NCBI RefSeq assembly: GCF_009834535.1
Contig: NC_045697.1
Location: 62,808,001 to 62,872,000, forward strand
Direction of reading: 5' to 3'
Length of the DNA: 64,000 nucleotides
Source of the DNA: Camelus ferus
Lineage: Eukaryota
Shown here: positions 24,010 to 35,848 of the stretch, piece by piece
Layout of the letters: each line of letters starts with the position of its first letter
Numbering within the stretch: position 1 is the stretch's first letter
Notes under the pieces: model-generated
What the model saw: the letters and a program-made list of their open reading frames with translations, nothing else
The model's database searches: none
Told to the model about the DNA's origin: nothing
Translations under genes and position numbers: made by a program

Positions 24010-24990
24010 TCTACCGCTGTCCTTGGTGAAAAAATACTGTAATTCCTTCAACAAGTCCCTCATCAATGGTCATTTAGGTGTCCTGCAATTTTTCACTAAT
24101 GCAAATGATGTCATAAAGAACTTTTTTGAACAATTATCTATGTATACATGAGCAAGTGTGTCTGGAATATATATTCTGCCAGGAGAAATTTCTGGCTTAA
24201 AACAAATGAACCTTTTAAATTCTGGTATGTACAGTCAATTTGTCCTTTTCAAAGGTTCCAATAATATAAGCTCTAACCAATATTGTATGAAAATATCCGT
24301 TTTCATTCATATTGCATGACTATTTTCTTTTTAAATGTTGCCACCTGATATAAAAATGTTGGTGGTAATTTATCATTTCTTAATTAGTAGTCAGGTTGAA
24401 TAAGTTTTGAGAATTTTAGTGTTTTTGTATTTTTTGTTCATTGATTTACTACCCCATATTATTAACCCATTTTTCACTTTTTTTTACACAGTTACCTTCT
24501 TTTTCTTTTGGATTAATCAGAACTTTACATGTTTTACAAATATTATTCATTAGATTGTTGAATCTGTTAAAAAAATCTTTCCTCTTCATCTGTCACTTAT
24601 CTTTGAAATTCAGTAATGAGTGGCTTTCATTGCAAGTAAATTTTAATTCTTAATTGGTCAAATATGAGGATTTTTCTCTTATGACTTCTGAGTTTTGTCT
24701 GTTTTGTTTTGCATTAGAACACAAATTTTAAAATTTAAAATTTTCCAAAATTTTAAAGATCAACAAAGATATTCTTTTCATTTGATTGTAATGCAATGAT
24801 TTTTTCCCACATTTAGTAGTTTTGTACCTGTGGAATTTGTTTTTATGGATGTCTAATTAGCTTAGCACTGTTTACTGAATAGACATTTTTTTTTTCCTCC
24901 AATGATTTGAGACATTACCTTTATCATATACTGGTTCTAAATATACATGATTTTGTGTCCAGATATTCTATTCTACATTGACCAAAATCT
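24010..24990 (-). mobile_element. Old L1ME-like fragment
   Basis: catcaatggtcatttaggtg; cttagcactgtttactgaatagac; T-rich L1 antisense composition. Confidence 0.6.
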
Positions 24991-25248
24991 TAATATTTAA
25001 CACAAATAAATGCAATGGATCCCAGGATTATCTGCACATCAAAGAAGCAGGAAAGGTCTTCAGAATAAGCCCAGAGAGTTAAGGAATTTGGATGAAGTCT
25101 CATAACTACATTGGTAGGCAATCTGGGCCTGGAAACACATTTTCCTTATGTCTAATTCAATGTTTTTCCCATTCTGCTGCAGACTATGATTAGAGATCAA
25201 CAGGAAAATAGATCACTTTTACCCTCTTTTGTCGTGATTCTTTTCCAG

Positions 25249-25401
25249 TGACAAAGGAGTATTCAGACTGTAGCAGGTCCCCATGCCAGAACGGGGGCAC
25301 GTGTATAAATGGAAGGATCAGTGTCGTCTGCGCGTGTCGACATCCTTTTACTGGTGACAACTGCACCATCAAGGTGGTGGAAGAAAATGCTTTGGCTCCA
25401 G
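25249..25401 (+). CDS. MMRN1: Multimerin-1 EGF-like domain exon (about exon 7)
   Basis: ttcttttccag acceptor ends at 25248; CAG|GTGAGA donor at 25402; 153 nt, phase 1-1. Six-Cys EGF pattern CSRSPCQNGGTCINGRISVVCACRHPFTGDNC. Confidence 0.95.
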
Positions 25402-25688
25402 GTGAGAAAGTACATGCCCCCTTGGATTTGCTCAATGTTATAAACAAAAACATTTTTTGAAAATATTTACAAATGAATGTTTAGACCTGCTTAATGTGGA
25501 CTCCCTTGAGGATGAATTCCTTTTACTTCTGAAACTTAATAACACAGGATTTACAGACACACATGAAATATCTTTTTGTCAGGTAGTCATATTGATATAT
25601 ATTCATTGAAATTTTCAATATTGGTATAATACAGGCAGTTTAATGAATTTCTCCCCCTCTTTATCTTCTTAAAAGAATATACAAGTCA

Positions 25689-25900
25689 GGAGTTCGGGAT
25701 GTGCAGATACTAACTACTATATATAAAACAGATAAACAACAAGTTTCTACTGTATAGCACAGGGAACTATATTCGATATCTTATAGTAACCTATAATGAA
25801 AAAGAATATGAAAATGAATATATGTATGTATATGTATGACTGAAACATGCTGTACACTAGAAACTGACACATGGTAAACTGACTATACTTAAATAAAAAT
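25689..25900 (+). mobile_element. L1 3' end (lineage-specific)
   Basis: ctgtatagcacagggaactatattc...gactatacttaaataaaaa; homologous to 62910-63110 and to the reverse complement of 7200-7400. Confidence 0.85.
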
Positions 25901-26903
25901 TTTAATTTAATTTTTAAAAAGGTAAATGGCAGTCCATAACAAAAAAATACAGAAATATATGTCCAAGTAATACCAACTTTTTCTCCTCAAATAAGTTGTT
26001 AACGAATATATCTTTGATTCATATCAGATCTGATTCTTTCAATGAAGCTTTAATAAGTGCATAGCAGTATGTCTTCTATGAAGGTCAAGCTAATAGTGTC
26101 ATTGTGACTGGCTGAGGACTGTCGGAACATGCTCAGGTGGACTGATTAGAACAAGGTGTCTTTTTGTCCGTTTACTTTTATAAGTATAGGTTGCTATAGA
26201 TTTACTTCAAGAGTGTACCTTTTCTGATTCCTATACAAGAAAGTGTGTGCAGCACTTAAAATATTCTCCTTAATGATGGCAAAAAAACATATTTCAAATC
26301 AGGCTTTTCTTAATATGTTGCATAATAAAGAACAATCTTTAGTCTGTTCTGAAATCTCAGCCTTTGTAAGTACATATGGCATTAATTACATAGAAGATTG
26401 CTTTTGTCTACTCTGTAGTGCGTATGATTTCATTCGGTTTCCGTTTTAGCCTCTAGAAACTGTTTGTTTGACAAGGTGCTGGAAAAATTGTTTCCACGTC
26501 ATGTCAGCTTTAATTCCTGCAAGAGGCTTTAGGACATTCTGGCATACCATAATCATCAGAGTGCTTTGAATTCCTTTGTCTCTGGAGAGATCAAAGCCAC
26601 ATGCAAATTAATCTTTGAGGCATTTCTATGAGGGAGGTATCAAGTGTTACTATCATTCTATCTTGATCTAAGTGGAGAAACTGAGTCCCAGAGAGGATAA
26701 GCAATTTCAGGTAAGTCACACACACAAAAAAGGCGGGTATCCAGGCCCCTATGCCCTTGTTAAATCTAGTGAATGACCTTTTTTCCTCTGCTAACCCTTT
26801 TTGTAACTGAGATAAAGTGATAAAGACAGAAAATAATAAAGATAGAAACAAAACAATATCAAAACATGAAAATTAACCCTTTCTATCTTTTTTCCACTAT
26901 CAG

Positions 26904-27325
26904 ATTATTCAAAAGGTTCTTACAGATACGCACCGATGGTGGCGTTTTTTGCATCCCATACTTACGGAATGACTACACCTGGTCCTATCCTATTTAACAA
27001 CTTGGATGTCAATTATGGAGCTTCCTACACTCCAAGAACTGGAAAATTCAGAATTCCCTATCTTGGGGTGTATGTTTTCAAATATACTATTGAGTCATTC
27101 AGTGCTCATATCTCTGGATTTTTAGTGGTTGATGGAGTAGACAAGCTTGCATTTGAGTCTGAAAATATTAACAGTGAGATACGCTGTGATAGGGTTGTGA
27201 CTGGGGATGCCTTATTAGAATTAAATTATGGGCAGGAAGTGTGGTTGCGACTTGTCAGAGGAACGATTCCAGCCAAATTTCCCCCTGCTACTACATTTAG
27301 TGGTTACTTGTTATACCGTACATAA
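26904..27325 (+). CDS. MMRN1: Multimerin-1 terminal coding exon (about exon 8), gC1q domain
   Basis: CAG acceptor ends at 26903. Reads DYSKGSYRYAPMVAFFASHTYG...TTFSGYLLYRT, stop TAA at 27323-27325. C1q motifs (VAF, FNN..VNYG..Y...TGKF, FSGYLLY) are intact. Confidence 0.97.
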
Positions 27326-27930
27326 ATTAGTATGAAGGACAGACTGTCACCTTGACTGAAAAGCAGCCTGTGTTTTTATTTTCCTTTGCATGCACATCTG
27401 CTCTGTTTTTGGTTTTTCTACATGAATTAAAACCAACTTCTTTTTTAATCTGAGGAAGGCTGTTAAGTTTATTTCATAAACTTATTTGAATTTCTTTTGG
27501 ACAACCTGTATATAAAGGAATTATTGCTCCTAAAGAGACTTAGTGGCATAGAAAACAAGGTGCGATTGTTAGCATTCCTTTTTTGTTTTCTCACGTAAGG
27601 CATTTCAATGTAAAGTAATATTATAAAGTGACACTCACTCAGTATTGTAAGTCACAGTAGTTTTCCAGTAAAATGCTTTTGTTATTCCATGTGTATGTAA
27701 ATATATAACATGTTTCCTAAATTCACAAATTCAAATAAATTAAATTGCTCAAAGAAAGTGTTTTTCTAAACTTTGATTTTTATTCTTTACTGTTGAGTTG
27801 ATCGATCTTACATACTAACATTTTCATTCATAATCACAATTAAGAAGTTGAAATAGAAACTTGAAATATGCCTAACTATTGTTCCCTTCCTGTAATTAGA
27901 GAATAAAGTAATAATTGACACATTTGAACA
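27326..27930 (+). other. MMRN1: MMRN1 3' UTR (end uncertain)
   Basis: AT-rich, repeat-free sequence after the stop codon, containing candidate polyA signals. Confidence 0.6.
27734..27739 (+). terminator. Candidate polyadenylation signal AATAAA (alternative at 27902-27907)
   Basis: AATAAA about 410 nt after the stop, followed by GT/T-rich downstream sequence (gtgtttttct). Confidence 0.55.
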
Positions 27931-28109
27931 TTTACACCCAAGTCTAATGATATACAAGTGCATCTTTTACCTGCCTCCACCTTACAGTATCTACAGGGGA
28001 AAAAATAAAACTTTCCTCCAGTGAGTCTCCTATGGCAACACAAGCAGACCTGACCGTATTCTTATCACAGGTTCATAGTATTCCAGGCTGATATTACGAT
28101 TTATGGGAT

Positions 28110-28320
28110 GCTCACTGTGCCCTGATTCTCTTCTAAGCAACTTATATACAATGTCTCATCGATTTCTTTCAAAACCTTGTATAAGGTGGGTATTACTACC
28201 ATCATTTTATAGCTGAAGAAACAGAGACAGTGATGAAGGAATGGACCAAGCTTCACAACTAGTAAGGACTGAGGCAGGATTTAGAATCAGCCTTTCTTCT
28301 CCAGCATTCACATCCATCCT
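28110..28320. mobile_element. MIR
   Basis: tattactaccatcattttatagctgaagaaacagagacag...ccaagcttcacaactagtaagg. Confidence 0.65.
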
Positions 28321-28914
28321 TTCTCTGTGTTACCTCCTACAGATGTACTGTAATTTATGTAATAAGCCCTTATGAAGGTCATTGAGATTGTCTCCAATGT
28401 TTCATTATAACAATATTATTGTAGTGAACATCCTTAAACATACATCCCTTACACATTTGACAAAGTATTTCTGAAGAATAGATTCCTGTAAGTTATCATA
28501 AAAATACTAATGAAAAAGTTTGGGGTATGGCAAATGTTTTCCACAAATTAATTTACTTACTGATTACTGTAGTGCTATGAATAACCTATTAACTGTATAA
28601 GATACATATCATGTATTATCAGCCTCTTCACACTGATGAGGAACAGAGGCACCTAGTGGGTAAGTCATTTTCCCAGTAGTTCAGCAAATTGTGGAGAATT
28701 TCAGGAACAAGGGATAAGCCTATATTTTTATTTAGCTAGACTACTATCAAATTGCCTTTGAAAAGACCTGTACCAATCCATAGACCTCTTTTGCTCATGT
28801 TAAAGAGTACTCATTACCCCCAACACATACTCATCACAACTCACAATTTTTTAAATATTGCCTATCTTGAATGTGAAACTAGTTTCTCCCTGTAGCAGAA
28901 ACTGGAAATTTTTT

Positions 28915-29140
28915 CAGATTTGCTGAAATTGAAAGCATACGTCCATACACAAAGTTGTACACACATGTTCAGAGTAACTTTATTTGTAACAGCCGAAACT
29001 TGGTTCCACCCACCTGTCCTGCAATAGATGAATAGTAAAGCAAACTCTGGTATATCCATATAGCAGAGGACTGCCAATCAATAAAAGGGATTGAACACAC
29101 TGCAACACGCGTGAGTCACATGACAAGCTGTAGGATAGTC
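28915..29140 (+). mobile_element. Old L1M fragment
   Basis: gaaattgaaagcatacgtccatacacaaagttgtacacacatgttcagagtaactttatttgtaacagcc. Confidence 0.7.
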
Positions 29141-29881
29141 CAAATGGCAGCCTAACGAACCTTGGACAGTTCTGCAGGGAAGAGTGACGTGAGTACCGCC
29201 CATCACGATGTCTCATGTTGAGCCCAAACAGCTGTACCTTCCCAGCCCAGCCCAGCTCAGGACTCCATGAACAGGTGTGAGCTCAATGCTGACAAGCAAA
29301 GGCTGAATGACTGACACTTTCCATTCTGTTATGTGGAAGTGTGTGACTTTCAAAAACATTTGGAACGTTTTGATAATTTCTTTAGTCCCTGCCTAAAATT
29401 ACATCACAATCTAAAATGTTTTGTTTGATTTCTTCAAGTACTCCTAGTTTAAAGAGAATTTTTGTCTTCCAAATATACTTTTCAACAGATACCAGTTATT
29501 TCAACGCACTGCCTTTTCTTTAATATTAGTAGCAGAACAAAAGGAAGTAAATCATTTGACAATATGTGTCATTGCCATGCATAATTTAATCTTTGATTTT
29601 GTAATTAGATAATTTTGAACATTTGGCATTAAATGATGGTTTGGTGTTTGGAATTTTAATTATTAATATTAGTCTTTATTTTTATATGTATTTGTAGAAA
29701 TATACAATTTAATGACAAATTGCTACCCATAGCCAAAAGGCATTGTAGCTACTTTTGAGTTGCTGTGATTTTGTTTGGTTATTTTTTTAAAAGCCATCCA
29801 ATATAATATAGGACAATCTAGTAATATATTTCTAATTGTCATGATCAAATATACCCATGTTTAAAAAAATGCAACATTGGG

Positions 29882-30019
29882 GGGCAGTGGGTATAGCTCA
29901 GCAGTAGAGCAAATGCTTAGCATGCACGAAGTCGTAAGTTCAATCCCCAGTTCCTCTGTTACAAATAAATAAATACTAATTACTTACCCCTCCAAAAAAA
30001 CCCAAAAAAGGTTTTAATT
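29882..30019 (+). mobile_element. Vic-1-type SINE
   Basis: gggtatagctcagcagtagagcaaatgcttagcatgcacgaagtcgtaagttcaatcccc. TSD aaaaaaat(gc/ag)aacattggg at about 29863-29881 and 30020-30038. Confidence 0.88.
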
Positions 30020-30383
30020 AAAAAAATAGAACATTGGGATTTTCTTAATTTTTCGTATGGAAACAGCAGACTTTAGTGGATTTTTTTTTGTAGATTGAAT
30101 TCCAACGCTCTTCTCTCTCACCAGACCTTCCTGCCCAGCAAACTCCCAAAGCATACTAAGACCCTAATTACTGATAGCAATTTCATACCCATTCAATCAT
30201 CAACTATTTAACAAACACCTACTTTGTGACAGGCAAGATAAATCATATATTAAAATAATACAAAAATAAATATCAAGCAAATCAGTACAGACAGATATTG
30301 CATTTGAAATACATTATTCAGAGTCAAGCTGGGATTTACTACCACCAAAATCGTGAGCAGCTCTGTAAAAATGAGAAGTGTAT

Positions 30384-30430
30384 ACTAACACAACATTGTA
30401 AATCACCTATACTTCAAAAAAAAAAAAAAG
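30384..30430 (+). mobile_element. Extremely 5'-truncated L1 (about 32 nt plus polyA) with 14-bp TSD
   Basis: actaacacaacattgtaaatcacctatacttc followed by polyA. TSD aatgagaa(g/a)tgtat at 30370-30383 and 30431-30444. Confidence 0.85.
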
Positions 30431-33400
30431 AATGAGAAATGTATCTTTAATAACCAAGCCCTCTTTATTCTGCAGCCCTGACCAAACTCCCGTTACTCGC
30501 TTTTGGGTCACTCCAGGAATTAAGGAACTTCATATTCCAAGCCAAGTGTGCCTAAAGGACTCTTTCTACTCTCCTTTACCAAACTTCTCATTTGGTAGAA
30601 TGAGAAGAATGGAAGAATGGGCTAATATCATTTGAGCATTAAGAAATGATTAAAATAAGACATTGATTTTTGGTTGATTAGTTTACTTAATCCTCTTAAA
30701 GGGGATTTTTTGATGTTCATCTGTTTCAAAACATAAACTTGAATGAATTTCTAATTTATAGAAGTTCGGTTATAACATACACAAATATATTATTATGTAA
30801 GTATATACATTTATATTTTATATACAATTTAAGGTTTTCCTTTATCTAATATATACCTAATATAGATATATTTTCTATCTCATATATATAAATTGTGTAT
30901 TATACATTAAAAAACCTAAGATTTTTATCATGTGCTTTTTATCCAAGTCTAAAGAAAGTGAGCTCACAACTTGGTACCTTAAAAAAAAAATTGCTGTCAG
31001 CTTTTTCCCCTTACCAACTAGTTGATTAATAAATTTTGTCTTCATCAAAGGCAATTTTTACTGTAATACAATTTTCTTCATTATTCAAAGCTGTTTGCCT
31101 GTCCTCTGTCCCTGCAAGGCACGTATGGGAAACATTAAGGCAGGAATGGTAGCCTGCCTTTCCTAGATTGTACATTTAGTCCCATGGATCTGCCCTGTTG
31201 AAGGCAGAGATTCTTGCTGCCCCAGTGGTTTCAAACCCAAGGTTTCATCCAAGAGCAGAGGGGTGTCAGGAGGCACCCTCCCTCGGGAGATTTCACCACA
31301 GCTCAGTGAGAATCTCCAATGAGCTGTACTGTGTTTGTGTTTGGGGAAAACACCAACAAGTAGAGTTCATTTCTCTGGGCTGACATCCTAATTAAACAAT
31401 CTCAAACTCTGGAAAAAGTCCAAATTTTATTACTTTTATTTATGGGTAGCTTCACGAAATGTCAAAAAGCCCAGGCTTTATTCAAAACATTTCCCAGATA
31501 CCAAGGATTGGATGGAGTAATATTTAGAATATATTAAAATGTTCCCATATTTTAAAAAATATCACTCTATAGCAGATCCTGGTTGCAACATGATCTCCTG
31601 TTAGATTCAAATACATACTTATATCGAGCCCATAGAAGATTACAATGAAAATGCTCCCTGACCACAACCTAGGAGTCAGTGTGTTTTTCAGTGTATTTAA
31701 ATCTCCATCCAAAAAATTGGATTCAAATACTTACTTGAATTTCCTATCTTTTGCATTCGAACAAATACTATATAAAGTGCACTCAAGTTATGAATGAAAA
31801 TACTATATGACACAACCCAAGGGGTGGGTGTTCTTATAAATTTCTAGTCTACTTTGCTGACGTTAGCAACTAGTGAAGAAACTGACTCACGAGATTCTTC
31901 TGACCAGGAAACAGATAATTATAGTTTCTAAAATTTTTTTGGCAACTTACTTTCCTTCATTGATCCCTGCCTTCACCATCATCACCACCAACACACTGAA
32001 TTGTGCTTAATATGCCAGAAAACATATGTAAAAGAAATACACTTAATTGCATTAGGTAGCCATTTCCAAAAATCATTTGAGGTGTCTAGACAAATAATAC
32101 ATGACAGGAAAAATGTTAAACTTTGACAAAGATGATTAGTTGCTACTTATACATCCAAAATATGTTAAGAATACTGTTTTTCTTAACCTAATTTCTTAGA
32201 TATACTCACATGTGCTAATTTTCATGATTTATCACAGAATAATCTTGTGCTTAACCAAGAATATTCTACAGAGATGCCTCCCACTGCTTCAAACCCTCTT
32301 TCAATCCCCTACTGCATCTGATTCCCTCTCCCACCATTGCAGATGGACGAAACAAACATGTTTAGATCTCTTTAATCCTGCTGAGGAGGTAGCTAAATAG
32401 TGTGGAAATTATTCTGTACATGAAATTTAAAAGACTCTCCAGAGATTTCTTGCCTTTTTAATGTGACTTTCATTGCCCTTTCTGAAGCTTGCCATTATGT
32501 TTTTGAATCATGATTCTATTTCATAAACAGTAATTCTATTTCCTTTAAAGTGGTCGGCAAACTGACAGGTCATGTATGGGTTTTAGCCAGTCACCGATAT
32601 CCATGCTAACAGCACACTGTGAGCTCTACCCCGTGCAATGAATGGAAGCAATAAACAAAGATCGTTCCTGCATTTCTGAGTAATTCTGGCTTCTGTCATC
32701 CAATGTGGTATACTCAAGTAGAACGTGTTAGAGAAAGCAACCACATCATCAACAACCACCACCTATATACCCTAAAGGCACTCTTGAGTATCACTAAGGA
32801 ACCTGTCTTTTTACATTGAAAAATACATTGTAAATATTCCTGGAGCAATATTGGTATCTGAAAACTGATTCTGTAGTGTATTCTGAAGAATGGGAAGACT
32901 AAGATGCCTGTAGGGCATCTCAGAATTCCATGAGGTCAGGTACCATTTACCCATCAATAAAGTTCTTGGCGCTGCAGCTAGTGGAAGATTACTGAGATCA
33001 GTAAATGCACAGAACATGCTGGGAATGGGACAGAATTAAATGTCTTACATTTATTAATTAAATTTTGCTAATTCAGAAAATTTTCTAGGAAAATTCTTTT
33101 TACGCTAATGGAAGAAAATAATTTGACTATTCAAAGTTGTGATCACCAATCCCAAAACTAAGTTTGATTTTTCTTTTCTTTTTAATGTAGAGAATTAAAG
33201 TGTGATATCTATATTTGGCTAATGTTGTTATCTTTGTTAGACAGAGGTTTTAGGCCTATGAAAGCATCGAATTTTCTTAAAATAGTTACAGTCATTCTGG
33301 GCTGTAACAAACAGCTACTTACATGCCCTAGCTATGTCCTTAATACACTGACACAATTTTGCCAACAAGATATATTTTCTTCACACCAATGGAAAAAGGA

Positions 33401-33938
33401 TCTTAGCAAGTGACCTTGTGAGGAAACTATCTGCAAGAGGGCAAAAGCTACCACCTCAGGGAGAACCACCACTTCCACTGGTAAGCAATTATGCAGAAGT
33501 TGAGCTGCCAGTCTCTTTCTGAAGCACACATCACACCAGTTACTAATCTGCCTTATATCACTACAGTTTACAAGTTGTAACACCATTTTCCACTGCAACT
33601 GTAAAATCAAAAGCCACACAATCTGCACAGAGAAAGCTCCTGAATATTTCCTTTCCCTCTTGCTGCTGGTGGCTATGTGACAAAAAATATATGGAGACAA
33701 GAGGAAGAAGAAAGATCAAAACAGAAATAAGGAAGAGGAAAAGAAAGGCGAATAAGAGGAGGATACCAACCATGAAGGTGGGAGGTTAGAGGGAACAGAA
33801 GAAAAAATTGGAGCCAAATTGGTGAGCGCCGACAGAGTATGGTCAGGACCAGGGTGAAAGAGCATGGAGGATGAAAACCATCTGACATACAAGATACTCG
33901 TACCATTTCATCAACTTACCTCTAAGCCTAGATGACAT

Positions 33939-34467
33939 TGTTACCCAGCAAGGGCTTGCTGCCCCAAGCACGCAGAAGCCAGTCCTTTGGCAGCAGCTTT
34001 TAAGAAAAAGAGCTTTATTTCAGGGTCCACCAGCAAAGAGAAAGGAGGCACTACTCAAATCTATCTTCCTGACCAACCAAGCTTTCAGGCTGAAATTTAA
34101 GGGGTTAGAGGAATTTCAGACTTGGAAGCTGATTGGCTAGTCTCAAATCAGTGCATATCAGCTGTTCAAGCTGCTGGAAGCCAGATTTTCCTTATTGAAG
34201 GAATTTTCGCTTCCTAAAAAGCTCTGGTGACAACACTTCCACAGTTTGAGTTCTGTAGACTGAAGATCCTTGATTCCAGGATGATTCTGAGTTTCTATCT
34301 TGCACATGCTCAGTGCTGTATGTAAAATAACTCAAGATTTGATTAATCAACTATTTAAGGAGGCAAAACTGGCTTAAGTTGGTCAATGTTTTAGCTGCTG
34401 TTTTAGTTTGATTAATGAATAATCTATTTAAGGAGGCAAAACAGTTTAAGCTGGTCAATGTTTTACA
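33939..34467 (-). mobile_element. Solo ERV LTR (ERV1-like), about 530 bp
   Basis: TG...CA termini; minus-strand AATAAA (tttatt at about 34014-34019); internal tandem duplication near the right end. TSD not clear. Confidence 0.7.
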
Positions 34468-35436
34468 CACCTTTTCAAAGTAAAAAACTAGCAGAGAAAG
34501 TCTATGACAGGGAAATCAGTCATTACTGTCTCTACGCACTCCAGCTGCCATTTGAAAACCTTTGTCTACAAAAAAAAATTTGACATTCTCTTTTGGGTTT
34601 AGTGGCATACTATTCTACTAGTAATGTAACACTAGCTTCACAGATTAGGAGGAAAAGGGACAAGGATTACACCTTAATTTCAAAAATTCTTTATGATTGT
34701 GTTCTCATATTTTCCCTCTTGTTTCTTGAAACCTGGCAACACTTCTACTAAGATAAAACCTTAATACTCCCTCAAATTTTCTTTTAGTGGAACTCGAAAA
34801 TTATTTCCTGGTATAACATCATTTTCAGTGTGTTTATTCAGCATACTCTTTGCAGTCCTCTGAGGCAGGTCTGCACATTAAAACAAAAGGCATAAATGGG
34901 TAAAGTGGGCACATTTCAATAAATGAAGCTTCCGCTCCAGTAATGAAATTGCCAAGTTTCTACACTGGTACCAGTGCTGAATAAATGTAGGAAGTTAGCA
35001 AACGTATTTAAACTTTTTATATGTTTTCTGAGTTATAAAAGCATGAGAAAATATTTTGTAATAATATGCACTTCTCTACTTCCCAAACAGCTCTTAAAGG
35101 ATAAAAGAAAATGAAGTTTCCACCTAAATTAAAACTTCATTGATTATGGCCTGCATCTCTTTTAGAAAAGGACAGAATCTGATAAACAAATATGTAAATA
35201 AATAACTGGGGGTGGAGTTTGGGAGCAGAAGTTCTTCATAAAATTTCAGAACTGAAATCAGAGGCACATGATTCTGATTTTCCTTTCCTAAAATATTTTA
35301 TAACATCATCCAGGATTAAAGTTACATTTTTTTCAGCATAAATGGAAAGATATTCAGGAAGATATGTTATTTTATTTTCCAACCCTTTGTTGGAAAAGGC
35401 AAAGAAATAAGGGCGATTCTGCTCCTTTTATGCCCA

Positions 35437-35848
35437 CTTTTCTTTTTAATTCTTATTTTTATTGAAGTGTAGTCAATTTACAATGTTAGTTTCAGGTGTA
35501 CAGCAAAGATTCAGTTATACGTACACATACTTTTTTTTCCATATTCTTTTCCATTACAGCTCATTACAAGTAATTGAATATAGTTCCCTGTGCTATACAA
35601 TAGGTCTTTGTTGTTTATCTGTTTTGTATACAGTAATGTGTACCTGTTAATCCCAAACTCCTAATTTATACCCCCCCATCTCGCCAAACCACTGTATTTT
35701 CTATGTCTGAGTCTATTTCTGGTTTGTAAATAAAATTTGTATTTTTTTTTTTTTTTTAGATTCCACATATAAACAACATCTTATGGTATTTGTCTTTCTC
35801 TGTCTGACTTACTTCACTTACTATGATAATCCCTCGGTCCATCCATGC
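35437..35848 (-). mobile_element. L1 3' end
   Basis: ttattgaagtgtagtcaatttacaatgttagtttcaggtgtacagc...ttccctgtgctataca...tagattccacatat. Confidence 0.85.

Noticed and set aside
29890..29955. Apparent tRNA gene with A and B boxes
   Set aside because: It is the head of a Vic-1 SINE with tail and TSD, not a cloverleaf tRNA.
34963..34976. 14-bp perfect palindrome CACTGGTACCAGTG
   Set aside because: About 4 are expected by chance in 64 kb (64000/4^7).
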